DNA of 64,000 bases. Source: an uncultured candidate division Zixibacteria bacterium. Its GTDB lineage: Bacteria > Zixibacteria > MSB-5A5 > GN15 > FEB-12. Where the stretch lies: assembly GCA_963735035.1 (NCBI GenBank), contig CAVTJJ010000003.1, positions 288,001 to 352,000 on the forward strand, written 5' to 3'. This document shows positions 1-10,013 of the stretch, piece after piece. Within the stretch, counting starts at the first letter, position 1, and every line of letters starts with the position of its first letter. Both the position numbers and the translations under genes were made by a program. The notes beneath the pieces were generated by a model. It did not search any database, was not told the DNA's origin, and saw only the letters and a list, made by a program, of their open reading frames with translations.

Positions 1-692
1 CGATGAATCCCCCCCGCCGCCGGGACGAACAAATTCACCCGCTGGTGTTGATGGAGCCGAAGGGACAGATCGGTGTCTTCCATGTACATGAAGAAACGAC
101 GGTCGAAGCCGCCGATTTCACCAAACAGATCGCGACGGATGAGCACGAATGTAGCCGCCACCGCGGGAACTTCAATCGTGTGTGACGAATCTCCAAGAGT
201 ATATCGATCGTTTGGAGAAGCTTTGCGGCCCGTGAATCTAGTCACTGCAGAACCGCGGGAAAAGATCATGTTGTTTATCGACGGAAACCGGCGACAGGTC
301 GCCTGGAATGTATTGTCGGGGTTGCGAAGCCGCCCGGAAACAAGGCCGGCGTTCGGGTGCGCTTGAGCTTCGGCGAATAGAGCTGAAACTGAATTAGCAT
401 CAGGAATTACATCGGGGTTTAGAAACAACAGATACTCGCCGCGAGCGATTTCCGCTCCCTGATTACAGGCGGCTGCGAAGCCGACGTTCTTGTTGTTCCT
501 GATAATTCGGGCCGAAGGACAAAGCCGCTCTGATTCGGAAGCCGAAGCGTCCGTCGAAGCATTGTCCACCACGATGAGTTCATGAGATAGGCCGGAAACG
601 GCACCCGGAAGCGCGGTCAGACAATCTGTAAGGGCAGGCAGAGAATTACAGGATACTATGATTACCGAAACTTGTGGGTCGTTGGCGGACAC
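1..692 (-). CDS. Glycosyltransferase family 2 protein (3' end runs off the window)
   Basis: Missing from the ORF track; read manually from GTG at 692: MSANDPQVSVIIVSCNS...LIVVDNASTD...NVGFAAACNQG...YLLFLNPD...GGFDRRFFMYMEDTDLSLR, a typical GT2 (WbbL/RfbF-like) motif set. Confidence 0.9.
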   Translation of the reverse strand, partial: MSANDPQVSVIIVSCNSLPALTDCLTALPGAVSGLSHELIVVDNASTDASASESERLCPSARIIRNNKNVGFAAACNQGAEIARGEYLLFLNPDVIPDANSVSALFAEAQAHPNAGLVSGRLRNPDNTFQATCRRFPSINNMIFSRGSAVTRFTGRKASPNDRYTLGDSSHTIEVPAVAATFVLIRRDLFGEIGGFDRRFFMYMEDTDLSLRLHQHQRVNLFVPAAGGIH

Positions 693-701
693 ACATCTGC
701 T

Positions 702-1436
702 CTAGGAAAGCCTGCCCAGAATTGATTTCAATCTAAGCGACCAGACCATCCAGATAGCTTCCCGCATGATCTTCTTTGACATCTTGGACACCCCGGCGAG
801 CCGTTCATAGAAGATGATCGGGATCTCTTTGATGCGAAAGCCCTTCTTCCAGGCCCGCATGGACATTTCTATCTGGAACGAATACCCCGATGAGCGCACC
901 CGGTCCAGGTCGATACGTTCGAGCACCTCGCGCCGGAAACACTTGAACCCACCCGTCGCATCGCGCAGCGGGAGGCCGGTTACCAGGCGGGTGTAGACAT
1001 TGGCGTAGTACGAGAGCAACAGACGGCTCATCGGCCAGTTGATGACGTTGACCCCGGAAATGTAGCGGGAACCGATGACCAGATCGCAATTTTGAATTTC
1101 GCGCAGGAAGTCTTTGATATATTCGGGGCTGTGCGAGAAGTCGGCGTCCATTTCGAAAATGAAATCGAACTTCTGCTCGATGGCCCATCTGAAACCGGCG
1201 ATATAGGCGCGGCCCAGTCCCTGCTTTTGCTCCCGATGCAGCACGAAGACTTTTTCCAGTTGAGTCGTCAGCCGGTCGGCCACTTCGCCGGTGCCGTCAG
1301 GGGAATTGTCGTCCACGATCAACACATGAATACGCGGATCCAGTGGGATGACCGAGTGGACGATCTTTTCGATATTGTCCCGCTCGTTGTAGGTCGGGAA
1401 AATTATCAGGGCGCGTTGTGTATTAGCCACGGTCAT
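702..1436 (-). CDS. Polyprenol monophosphomannose synthase (Dpm1-like GT2)
   Basis: PTYNE, VDDNSPDGT, EMDADFSH, GYSFQIEM motifs; the ATG at 1436 overlaps the end of the upstream YfhO gene. Confidence 0.9.
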   Translation of the reverse strand: MTVANTQRALIIFPTYNERDNIEKIVHSVIPLDPRIHVLIVDDNSPDGTGEVADRLTTQLEKVFVLHREQKQGLGRAYIAGFRWAIEQKFDFIFEMDADFSHSPEYIKDFLREIQNCDLVIGSRYISGVNVINWPMSRLLLSYYANVYTRLVTGLPLRDATGGFKCFRREVLERIDLDRVRSSGYSFQIEMSMRAWKKGFRIKEIPIIFYERLAGVSKMSKKIMREAIWMVWSLRLKSILGRLS

Positions 1437-3984
1437 CCGTTTCCTCTTCAGGCTCAACGACGTCGTCCGCCGACTTGCGGCGACGATCCATAAAGATACA
1501 ACCTGCAATTATACCTAACAGCGGCAGAATCGTCAACAAGGTAACCGTCTTGCCGAGCGCGTACCGGCTCGAGTGGTACTCAAAGCGCACTTCGCGGCTC
1601 CCTGCCGGGATTTCCACGGCCCGGAAGGCGCCGTAGGCGCGAAGGCAGTTGACCGGCTTGCCATCGACCGTCACCTGCCAAGACGGGAACCAGGTATCGG
1701 TCAGTACCAGAATGGCATTCTGAGCTGCATTTACTCCGACCGTTACGGTTTCGGGCTGATAGTCGATGATCCAGGCAGAATCGGTGGGGTTCTCAGCAGT
1801 TGGCATTGACAGAGTCGGCTGATCTTCGAGCAGGACGGTGTGTCGCATATCGCTACGACCGCTGATCACCTCGTTGACCATCTGCTTGCGGTCGGTTACG
1901 ACTATATACTTGTCGACCAGAAAGACCCGTGGAAAGGCGTTGTCGTTGCGGATCAGCCTCTCGTTGCCATAAGAGGTGGCCGTCACCAGAGGTATCGGTC
2001 CAAAATGATTAGGCGGAATATCCTGGTCCGTAGGATTGATCAGATACTTCGTCCCGGTCAGGTTTAGCAGGCGGGGGTTGAAAGTATATATGTTATCCAG
2101 ATTCGGTCCGCCCAAGAGGTCATCGTACCAGCGAAGTTGATTGCCGTGATACCCTACAGTGGCATCAATGCCATGGACAGGGAAATCTGCTTCCTTGACA
2201 TCCGCCACATTTATGACCCGAAACCTCTCCTTCTGGCCGGTCAGAAAACGCGTCAGCGGGGTTTCATTGTACCTCGACGCAAACTCACGCGGATCGACAA
2301 TCCGGATGAAACGGCTGTCGAACCGGACACCGTCGATAACAGGCAGCGCTATGAGTGCGATCATGATGCCCGCGCCCATTTTCCCTTCGCGATAGAGCCA
2401 GAGGAAAAACGCGGCCAGCGCCACGAAGAAAAACGCTATCCAGGCACCCGATTGAATTGCCGGCAAGTTCATATTGGCGACGTCCAGCTTGGTGACTCCT
2501 CGCTGTACCAGTTGGGTCGACGCCTCGCTGTAGAAGATCGTGCACCAGAGCTTGATCATGCCCTGCCCGGCCACCGAGAAACAGATTGCGAGAAGCAATA
2601 TGAACGACGGGAAACCAAACAGAACGTAGTTGGCTTTATTGCCGATCAGTTTCTTCCCCTCGTCGCGCCAGTCGAATAAGCTCTGTACGCCCATCCCGGC
2701 CAGGAGCGCCACTGAGAACGAGCCGAGGAACATGATCATCGACGCCCCCCGCATCGACTTGACCATGGGGACTATAGCGTACATCAACCGGAAGAACGGT
2801 GTCGTTCCCCCCATCCCGTAGAAGATAGCGAATATTGTCAACCCTCCGAAGAACCAGGCTTCCTTTCTATTCCTGTAGAAGAACAGCCCGACTATCGCCA
2901 GATACAGGGCGACTGTCCCAAGCCATTCGGAATTGTCTTTGAAGGCGTTCTTACCCCAATAGTAAGTTTTGGCCTTCTCGGTCGAAGTTCCGGAGAACTC
3001 CGGGATGACCAGCGAAGCCACTTCTTCCTGGTGCAACGACCACGAGGTTGCCCAGTCCCACCCTCTCTTGGTGTCAGCGCGAGGTGAATATTGCTGCGTG
3101 TAGCTAATACCAGGATACATCTGGATGGCAGATATCATCAGCCCAATCACGACTGCGTAGACTACAAACAACCCCGGCTTAATGGCGGGCAAAATCGATT
3201 TCTTCTGCACCCAGATATTGATCAACTTGAACGCGGAATAGAAACTTAGTCCCCAGAGCGCGAAATACGACATCTGCGGGTGCGGTGTGAGCAGGATGAA
3301 ACCGATGGTTAGCCCGGTCAGAGAGAAATATTTCAGGCGACCGATGAGATGTTCTTTCTCGAAGCCTCGATCGAGGAAATACATCATCAAGGGGAAAAGC
3401 GCTATGACGTAGATCTTCCCGTCGTGTCCGGGGGTGACCATCGAAACGAAATACCCCGCGAACATATAACATGCGCCTGCGACCAGCGCCGATATCCGCC
3501 GAAGTTTGAACTGTCGCGCCGCGCGGTACATGAAGATGCCGGCGATGTAGATGTGCAGGATCATCAGCCAGCCGAGATCGCGGGCGATATTGATCGGCTC
3601 GATCTTATCGTCGAACCAGACCCGCATGTACTTCACGAACAGACTGGGCGGATAGAAAATGTCGCTGTGGAACGCCTCGACAAACGGCATCCCGGCGAAC
3701 TGGTGCGGCATCCATTGAGGAATCGCGCCCCCGTGCGCCGCCATGTAGGTCGCCTGGTAGATGCGAAACATCAGGCTCGACGCCAGAACGTCGGAGCTGT
3801 ACATCATCTGGTTCGAGAAAATAAAATCGGAAAACAGGAACACCATCGCCAGGAAGAGCGCCACAAACACCACCGGCACAAACCAGCGGCTGTTTTCCAG
3901 GTTGAGGGCTTGTCTTCGGGGGCGGGCGGAAGAGTGTTTTTGCTGACCCACAGTATCTCCAGAGAAAACCGGATTATTTGCCAA
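1423..3984 (-). CDS. YfhO-family multi-pass membrane protein (putative GT-C glycosyltransferase)
   Basis: Many TM helices; N-terminal W.P..F.G.P motif; C-terminal NAFPRVF...LVLTDTWFPSWQVTVDG...FRAVEIPAG typical of YfhO; start may be slightly downstream. Confidence 0.85.
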   Translation of the reverse strand: MANNPVFSGDTVGQQKHSSARPRRQALNLENSRWFVPVVFVALFLAMVFLFSDFIFSNQMMYSSDVLASSLMFRIYQATYMAAHGGAIPQWMPHQFAGMPFVEAFHSDIFYPPSLFVKYMRVWFDDKIEPINIARDLGWLMILHIYIAGIFMYRAARQFKLRRISALVAGACYMFAGYFVSMVTPGHDGKIYVIALFPLMMYFLDRGFEKEHLIGRLKYFSLTGLTIGFILLTPHPQMSYFALWGLSFYSAFKLINIWVQKKSILPAIKPGLFVVYAVVIGLMISAIQMYPGISYTQQYSPRADTKRGWDWATSWSLHQEEVASLVIPEFSGTSTEKAKTYYWGKNAFKDNSEWLGTVALYLAIVGLFFYRNRKEAWFFGGLTIFAIFYGMGGTTPFFRLMYAIVPMVKSMRGASMIMFLGSFSVALLAGMGVQSLFDWRDEGKKLIGNKANYVLFGFPSFILLLAICFSVAGQGMIKLWCTIFYSEASTQLVQRGVTKLDVANMNLPAIQSGAWIAFFFVALAAFFLWLYREGKMGAGIMIALIALPVIDGVRFDSRFIRIVDPREFASRYNETPLTRFLTGQKERFRVINVADVKEADFPVHGIDATVGYHGNQLRWYDDLLGGPNLDNIYTFNPRLLNLTGTKYLINPTDQDIPPNHFGPIPLVTATSYGNERLIRNDNAFPRVFLVDKYIVVTDRKQMVNEVISGRSDMRHTVLLEDQPTLSMPTAENPTDSAWIIDYQPETVTVGVNAAQNAILVLTDTWFPSWQVTVDGKPVNCLRAYGAFRAVEIPAGSREVRFEYHSSRYALGKTVTLLTILPLLGIIAGCIFMDRRRKSADDVVEPEEETDDRG

Positions 3985-4894
3985 TCACAAGGGCGATCAG
4001 AGCGGCCAGGGCGTCGATCACCACCGACCACAACCGGGCGACTATAGCAAGTGCCGGGGCGATCGGCCCCACAAACGGCGCTAATAACGCACCCATAATC
4101 AATTCGCGCGGGCCCAGGCCGCCGGGAGCAAACAGCGCCAGATAACCGATCTGATACGCGATATTATACAAACCGATGGCCAACACAAGCGATGGCGCTT
4201 TGTCGCCAAGAACCGACAAAAGAAACAGCCAGAAGGCCACGCCGAACAAAATCCAGCCCGCAGAATAGCCGATAAACGCTTGCAGGGCAACCGATTTGTC
4301 GAGCGAGAATTCGGCCGTCGGGCGACCCAGTTTCTTTAGAAGGGCGTTGGCCGCACGCAGAAACGGCTTCGGATAAAACACCAGAATGGCGCAGCCAATC
4401 AGTCCAAGCGCGCCCGCCGTATAGGCCGATCCGGGCCCCATGATCTTGAACTTTTCGATGAGCAACTGAGGCTCAAACAGGGCGGCGATCACCCATACCA
4501 GAAGCGACGACGGTATCGTAAAGAGCTGGTAAATGACAAACGACGCCGTCGCCTGCTCCTCGGGAATCCCCTTCTGTTTGGCGTAGTAGAGCATCCCGAA
4601 AACTTGCCAGATCTTGCCGGGGACATAGCGTCCGAGGTTGGAAAGGTTCAGGATACGAAACCCGGCCGTCTGGCTCAGGTCGTGGCCAAACGCCGAAATG
4701 ACCCGCACCCAGGCGGCGGAGAAGACCAACAGCGCCACCATAGCGCAGATGATTGACAGGAGCATGTAGCCGTAGTTGAAATGCCAGTCGAAATTCTTGA
4801 TTTGGTCCCAGTTGCTCCAGACCTGAAGGCCGACGTAGTAGAGCACGACGAGAGTGAGAATCAGCTTGAAGGTGAAGATGGCGGCTTTTTTCAT
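3974..4894 (-). CDS. Lysylphosphatidylglycerol synthase TM-domain / flippase-like protein (UPF0104)
   Basis: LGRYVPGKIW and APGGLGPRE motifs; about 8 TM segments. Confidence 0.85.
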   Translation of the reverse strand: MKKAAIFTFKLILTLVVLYYVGLQVWSNWDQIKNFDWHFNYGYMLLSIICAMVALLVFSAAWVRVISAFGHDLSQTAGFRILNLSNLGRYVPGKIWQVFGMLYYAKQKGIPEEQATASFVIYQLFTIPSSLLVWVIAALFEPQLLIEKFKIMGPGSAYTAGALGLIGCAILVFYPKPFLRAANALLKKLGRPTAEFSLDKSVALQAFIGYSAGWILFGVAFWLFLLSVLGDKAPSLVLAIGLYNIAYQIGYLALFAPGGLGPRELIMGALLAPFVGPIAPALAIVARLWSVVIDALAALIALVIGK

Positions 4895-4990
4895 CGCAGG
4901 GTATGGTACCCCAAGCGGGGCGCGGGTTCAACTAGAAAAGATGGGGGGCTTTCGCCAGGGAGGAAGCCAAATACGATCGGTATCTTAAGA

Positions 4991-5052
4991 GTGATCGGCA
5001 GGGTTCCACCCCTGCCGGAAACAGAACGGCAGGCACGGAGGCCTGCCGATCA
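4991..5052. repeat. Inverted pair of REP-like palindromes (family B, CGGCAGGG-N-CCCTGCCG)
   Basis: gtgatcggcagggttccacccctgccgg ... cggcaggcacggaggcctgccgatca; related copies at 6138, 39224, 40621, 57799, 57963. Confidence 0.8.
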
Positions 5053-5062
5053 GGAAGCTGCG

Positions 5063-6016
5063 CTATTTCTTGTTGAGTTGCTCCAGAATCGCGTTGGATT
5101 TGCGACGAAGGTCCGAGATCTCTTCCTTCAAAGCCGTCACACCCTCGGAAATAAACCCCATCAGGAAGAAACTCGTGCCGACCCCTATCAAGAGCATGAC
5201 CAGGTACAACCAGGTCCGGTTGCCGTGCATCATGACGAAACGTTCGTAGATCGCCCACAGGCCGACTATCACGCCGAGCAGAACGAAGATCAGGCCGGTA
5301 ATTCCGAAAAACAGAAGCGGTTTGCGAAGAAACGTAATCTGGAACTTGACCGCCATCATGTCGAGCACACCAACAGGAATCCGCCAGACCGAAAACTTGG
5401 TCTTCCCCCACGAACGCGGGTAGAGTTTGACCTTGACCTCTTCGACACTGAACCCCTCGTTGGCCGCCAGCGGCACGAGATAACGATGCCAGTCGCGACG
5501 GAGAAAGATGCTTTCGACAACCACCCGCCGAAACGCTTTCACCGAATTCAGGTCGTGAACATCCAGCCCGAATATTTTCCGCGAGAACCAGTTGTAGATC
5601 GATGACACAAACCGCTTGGCGTATTTTCCCTGTTTCCAGCCGGTGCATATATCAGCCCCGTCGGCAATCGGCGCCACCAAGGCCGGGATGTCTTCGGGAA
5701 GATACTGCAGATCGGCCGGGTAAAAGACGTACACCTCGCCGGTCGCCTTCGCGAACCCGGTTTGAAGTGCTTCGGTCAGGCCGCGATTGCGCTGGTGTGA
5801 CGCCCATCGGATGAAACCGTATTTCTGCGCGTTGGCCTTGATCTTGTCGAGCGTGCCGTCGGTGGAGCCGTCGTCGACAAACACCAGTTCGCCTTTGAAG
5901 GGGGCCTTCTTGAGCATCTCGTCGTAAAGACGGCAGAATTCATCGATATTCCCTTCCTCGTTGAGGGCGGGAATGATGGTCGAAACGGTAAAGTCGTATT
6001 TGGGATCAAGGGCCAT
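5063..6016 (-). CDS. GT2 undecaprenyl-phosphate glycosyltransferase (ArnC/GtrB-like)
   Basis: IPALNEE, FVDDGSTDGT, ADLQY motifs plus two C-terminal TM helices. Confidence 0.85.
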   Translation of the reverse strand: MALDPKYDFTVSTIIPALNEEGNIDEFCRLYDEMLKKAPFKGELVFVDDGSTDGTLDKIKANAQKYGFIRWASHQRNRGLTEALQTGFAKATGEVYVFYPADLQYLPEDIPALVAPIADGADICTGWKQGKYAKRFVSSIYNWFSRKIFGLDVHDLNSVKAFRRVVVESIFLRRDWHRYLVPLAANEGFSVEEVKVKLYPRSWGKTKFSVWRIPVGVLDMMAVKFQITFLRKPLLFFGITGLIFVLLGVIVGLWAIYERFVMMHGNRTWLYLVMLLIGVGTSFFLMGFISEGVTALKEEISDLRRKSNAILEQLNKK

Positions 6017-6137
6017 GGATATATCCTTAGTTGGAACCGGAAGAGCGGCACTCGTCCGATCCCAAAGCTTGCCAGCCGCTTAAATCGCATAATAGCAGGC
6101 GGGGTTGTCAAAACTCAACATGTTTTTTGGCAGAAAT

Positions 6138-6224
6138 CCGGCAGAGATGGAACCCTGCCGATTGAGTTTGGGAGCAGATATCTGAAGTATGTCGGCAGAT
6201 GTGGACATCTGCCGGGCACGGTTA
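6138..6224. repeat. REP cluster (family B + family A CCGGCAGATGTGGACATCTGCCGGGCAC)
   Basis: Palindromes seen directly; the family A copy at 6193-6224 is identical to 6937-6968. Confidence 0.85.
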
Positions 6225-6256
6225 ACGCACAACGGCTCCAGCTTTGAGCGTCCCAG

Positions 6257-6874
6257 TTACCGGTTATTCAGCGAGGCCCAGATGTACCAGCAGGCGACCG
6301 TACGGTACGGCCGGAATCGTTCGCCGAACTCCTCAAAATCGGTATCGTTACGATCGACCCCGTAGAGGTTGCAGATCCCCTTCTGAATGCCGAGATCACC
6401 AGCCGCGAAAATGTCAAGCCGCCCCAGCGTGAACATCAGATACATCTGCGCGCTCCACGGCCCCAGACCCTTGACCTGAGTGATGGTTTCGGCGATTTCT
6501 TCGTCGGTCATGCGGGGGAAGCGGCGCACGTTTAAGAAGCCGGAATCGATCTTCTCGATCAGGTCACGAACGGCCCGGATCTTGGCAAAGGACAAACCGG
6601 CTTCGCGGAATGAGGCGTCGTCGAGCTTGCGAAATGCTGTGATCGATGCCGTCCTGCACCCGGCCGCTCGGCATACTTTCTTGTAGATGGCGTCCGCTAC
6701 GGTGCCGGAGAGTTGCTGTCCGACGATGATTCTGACGAAGGCATTGAACCCGATTTGTTGTTTATGGTAGTCGAGGCGGCCAACCTGTTTGATGACGGCG
6801 GCCAGTTTCTTGTCGGTCTTTTTGAGGTGGGCGATGGCCAGGTCGATTTCGCGCTTGCGGTCGGTGGTAGTCAT
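6257..6874 (-). CDS. alkA: DNA-3-methyladenine glycosylase II (AlkA/HhH-GPD family)
   Basis: IVGQQLS, HhH motif VKGLGPWSA, catalytic GDLGI, RPYRT. Confidence 0.85.
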   Translation of the reverse strand: MTTTDRKREIDLAIAHLKKTDKKLAAVIKQVGRLDYHKQQIGFNAFVRIIVGQQLSGTVADAIYKKVCRAAGCRTASITAFRKLDDASFREAGLSFAKIRAVRDLIEKIDSGFLNVRRFPRMTDEEIAETITQVKGLGPWSAQMYLMFTLGRLDIFAAGDLGIQKGICNLYGVDRNDTDFEEFGERFRPYRTVACWYIWASLNNR

Positions 6875-6934
6875 GGGAGTCTATACGGATGTTTAGTATT
6901 GGAGGATATCACATTATGTTTACGACATTGCAAA

Positions 6935-7036
6935 CCCGGCAGATGTGGACATCTGCCGGGCACGGTTATCACAATCGTTCTTTCCTGCGGCAGACGAGGA
7001 CCCCCGATCAAGTCGGGGGCAGGCTCTGCCGGCCAC
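6935..7036. repeat. REP cluster (family A + composite palindrome containing CCCCGA-N5-TCGGGG)
   Basis: cccggcagatgtggacatctgccgggcac; cggcagacgaggacccccgatcaagtcgggggcaggctctgccgg. Confidence 0.8.
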
Positions 7037-7041
7037 ATCCA

Positions 7042-8355
7042 TCACCCTTCGTACACCACCTTGCCGCCAAGGATCGTGCGGTACACTTTCCCGGACAGCG
7101 TCCAGCCGATAAACGGCGAGTTGCACGATTTCGACTTGAAATTCTCCGCCTTCACCTTCCACTTCTTGTCCGGGTCGATGATCGTAATGTCCGCCGGTGA
7201 CCCGACCGCCATCGTTCCGCCCTGAAGGCCGAAGATTCGCGCCGGATTCGAAGTCATCTTCTGGATCGCATCGGCCCAGCCGAGATACCCCTTGTCGATC
7301 AGATACGTCTTCACCAGACCAAGTGTAGTCTCGAGACCGATCATACCTGACGGGGCCTGGTCGAACTCGCCGTCCTTGTCCTCGCTAGAATGCGGGGCAT
7401 GATCGGAGGCGATGCAGTCGATTGTGCCGTCGATCAGACCTTCGATGACCGCGTCGAGATCGTCTTTCGTGCGCAACGGCGGATTGACCTTCAGGTTGGT
7501 GTTGTACTCCTTGCCGATCTCATCGTCGGTCAGCACAAAGTAATGCGGGCAGGTTTCGGTCGTGACCTGGATCCCTTCGCGCTTGGCGGCGCGAACCGCC
7601 TCGATCGCCCGCCGCGTCGTGATATGCTGAATGTGCAAACGTGAGCCGGTGAGACGGCAGAGGGCGATATCACGCAGGACCGCAATTTCTTCGGCGGCGG
7701 CCGGACGGCCTTTCATCCCCACACGCGCCGACTGCGCCGATTCGTTCATCACCCCACCCTCGCAGAGGAACGAATCTTCGGCGTGCTGCATGACGGGGAT
7801 ATTGAACATCTTGGCGTATTGCAGCGCCCGGCGCATGATCTCCGGGTTCTGGACATAGTTGCCGTCGTCGGTAATAGCAATCGCGCCCATCTTAACCAGG
7901 TCGCCGATCTCCGCCAATTCCAGACCTTCGATATTCTTGGTGATCGCGCCCGCCACGAACACGCGGGCGGAGGCGTCTTTCGCGCGGTCCTGAACGAACC
8001 TGACCGTCTCCTGACTGTCGATTCGCGGTCGGGTGTTGGGCATGCAGCAGACCGAAGTAAATCCGCCGGCCGCGGCGGCCTCGCATCCCGAAGCGATAGT
8101 CTCGGCACCTTCCTTGCCCGGCTCGCGAAGATGAACGTGCACGTCAATCAGTCCCGGCACGACAATCTTGCCTTCGGCGTCAATAACACTTCCAGGCTCA
8201 ATCGATTTGAGCGTGCGTCGAAGCGCCGCCGTTTCGATTTCGATTCCGGCAATGACGCCGTCTTTGATGAGGACGCAAGCGTCCTGGCCGAATCCGAGCG
8301 CAGGGTCGATTACACGCCCGCCGGTAATGACCGTATCGAATTTCTTGCTGGACAT
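7042..8355 (-). CDS. pyrC: Dihydroorotase
   Basis: PGLIDVHVHLREPG, CMPNT, KVNPPLR, ASDHAPH; directly downstream of pyrB. Confidence 0.96.
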   Translation of the reverse strand: MSSKKFDTVITGGRVIDPALGFGQDACVLIKDGVIAGIEIETAALRRTLKSIEPGSVIDAEGKIVVPGLIDVHVHLREPGKEGAETIASGCEAAAAGGFTSVCCMPNTRPRIDSQETVRFVQDRAKDASARVFVAGAITKNIEGLELAEIGDLVKMGAIAITDDGNYVQNPEIMRRALQYAKMFNIPVMQHAEDSFLCEGGVMNESAQSARVGMKGRPAAAEEIAVLRDIALCRLTGSRLHIQHITTRRAIEAVRAAKREGIQVTTETCPHYFVLTDDEIGKEYNTNLKVNPPLRTKDDLDAVIEGLIDGTIDCIASDHAPHSSEDKDGEFDQAPSGMIGLETTLGLVKTYLIDKGYLGWADAIQKMTSNPARIFGLQGGTMAVGSPADITIIDPDKKWKVKAENFKSKSCNSPFIGWTLSGKVYRTILGGKVVYEG

Positions 8356-8358
8356 TGT

Positions 8359-9291
8359 TTACGCCTCCTCTTTCCGACCGGAGAGCAGATAGAGCACTGC
8401 CATCCGGACTGCCACGCCGTTAGTCACCTGATCGAGAATTACCGATTTGTCGCCGTCGGCCACATCCGTTGAAATTTCCACTCCCCGATTCATCGGTCCA
8501 GGGTGCATGATTGTGTAGTTGCGATTCAGCCGTTTGAGTCGATCCCGGTTGATACCGAACAGGTTCGTATATTCACGCAGTGAGGGGAACATGCCGGCTT
8601 TCTGGCGCTCCAGTTGGATGCGCATGACATTGACCACATCGGCTCCTTCAAGAGCTTCGTCGACATTGGTATATACGTCACACTCGAACTCTTCCACCCC
8701 GTGTGGGATCAGGGTCGACGGCCCGCAGAGCGCCACCGACGCTCCCATGGTCTTGAGACCCCAGATGTTAGAGCGAATCACGCGGGAGTGCATGACATCG
8801 CCGACCAGCACTACGCGCAGGCCTTTCAGCTTGCCGTACTTGTGCCGAATCGTGAGCATGTCGAGAAGAGCCTGCGTCGGGTGCTCATGGGTTCCGTCGC
8901 CGGCATTGATGATGTTGGCGTCCATGCACTGAGTCAGGAAGTAGGGCACGCCCGATGAGGCGTGACGCACTACCACCATGTCGATCTTCATAGCTTCGAT
9001 ATTCTGGACGGTGTCGCGAAGCGATTCGCCCTTGGATACCGACGAGGTCGCCTTCGAAAAATTGATCGAATCGGCCGACAAACGTTTCTCGGCCAGTTCA
9101 AACGATATCCGGGTGCGAGTAGACGCTTCGTAGAAGAGGTTCAGCACGGTGAGACCGCGCAGGGTCGGCAGCTTCTTGATCTCGCGTTCGAGGACTTCGC
9201 GGAAAGTCTCGGCGGCGTCGAGTATGGCGACAATGTCTTCCTGTGGGACACCCTCGAGCCCGAGCAGATGGCGTGACGAAAGACGGCTCAT
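8359..9291 (-). CDS. pyrB: Aspartate carbamoyltransferase catalytic subunit
   Basis: FYEASTRTRISFE, HEHPTQALLD, MHPGP motifs. Confidence 0.97.
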   Translation of the reverse strand: MSRLSSRHLLGLEGVPQEDIVAILDAAETFREVLEREIKKLPTLRGLTVLNLFYEASTRTRISFELAEKRLSADSINFSKATSSVSKGESLRDTVQNIEAMKIDMVVVRHASSGVPYFLTQCMDANIINAGDGTHEHPTQALLDMLTIRHKYGKLKGLRVVLVGDVMHSRVIRSNIWGLKTMGASVALCGPSTLIPHGVEEFECDVYTNVDEALEGADVVNVMRIQLERQKAGMFPSLREYTNLFGINRDRLKRLNRNYTIMHPGPMNRGVEISTDVADGDKSVILDQVTNGVAVRMAVLYLLSGRKEEA

Positions 9292-9911
9292 CGCTTGCCT
9301 CCTTTCCGGGCGGCTTTCGCGGCCGGTTTCTTCTTGCCGGTCGGAGCTTTGGTTGGCGAAGCTTTCTCTGTTGCGCCGGAAATCACGCTGACCTGATCCT
9401 TCCCTTCCTTTTCTTTCACTTCGAGCACTACCTGATCGGAGCGCGACGTCGGGATGTTGATTCCGACAAAATCGGCTTTGATCGGCAGTTCACGGTGACC
9501 CCGATCAACCAGCACTGCCAGTTGGATCGTGCGCGGGCGGCCGAAATCGACGATGTGATCCAGGGCCGCGCGAATTGTCCGCCCAGTGAACAGGACGTCG
9601 TCGACCAGAATGATATTCTTGTCCTGAACCGGGAAGAGAATGTCGGTGCGCTGGATAATGGGCTGATCCAGCTTCTGATGGACGTCATCCCGGTACAGCG
9701 AGATGTCCATCAGCCCTACCGGTACGGCGACCCCTTCGAGCTCTTCAATAAGGCCGGCGATGCGCTTGGCCAGGAAGGCTCCACGCGTCAGAATGCCGAC
9801 GATGGCGATTGAATTGACGTCATTGTTGTGCTCCATGATCTCGTGAGAGATCCGCGCCAGGGCGCGAGCGATCTTCTTGTCATCGAGAATGACCTTGCTA
9901 TTAGCCGTCAA
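9288..9911 (-). CDS. pyrR: Bifunctional pyr operon regulator / uracil phosphoribosyltransferase
   Basis: ALARISHEI, DISLYRDD, LVDDVLFTGRTIRAA, DRGHRELPI; TTG start with GGAGG RBS. Confidence 0.96.
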   Translation of the reverse strand: MTANSKVILDDKKIARALARISHEIMEHNNDVNSIAIVGILTRGAFLAKRIAGLIEELEGVAVPVGLMDISLYRDDVHQKLDQPIIQRTDILFPVQDKNIILVDDVLFTGRTIRAALDHIVDFGRPRTIQLAVLVDRGHRELPIKADFVGINIPTSRSDQVVLEVKEKEGKDQVSVISGATEKASPTKAPTGKKKPAAKAARKGGKR

Positions 9912-10013
9912 AACGGCACCTCCGTGTGTATCTGTGAAATAGGATTAATTCCGAGTTACTCGGCAGATTACGGCATGGATTGGAAGAAAAATCAGAGATC
10001 ATTAAGCTTTCCA

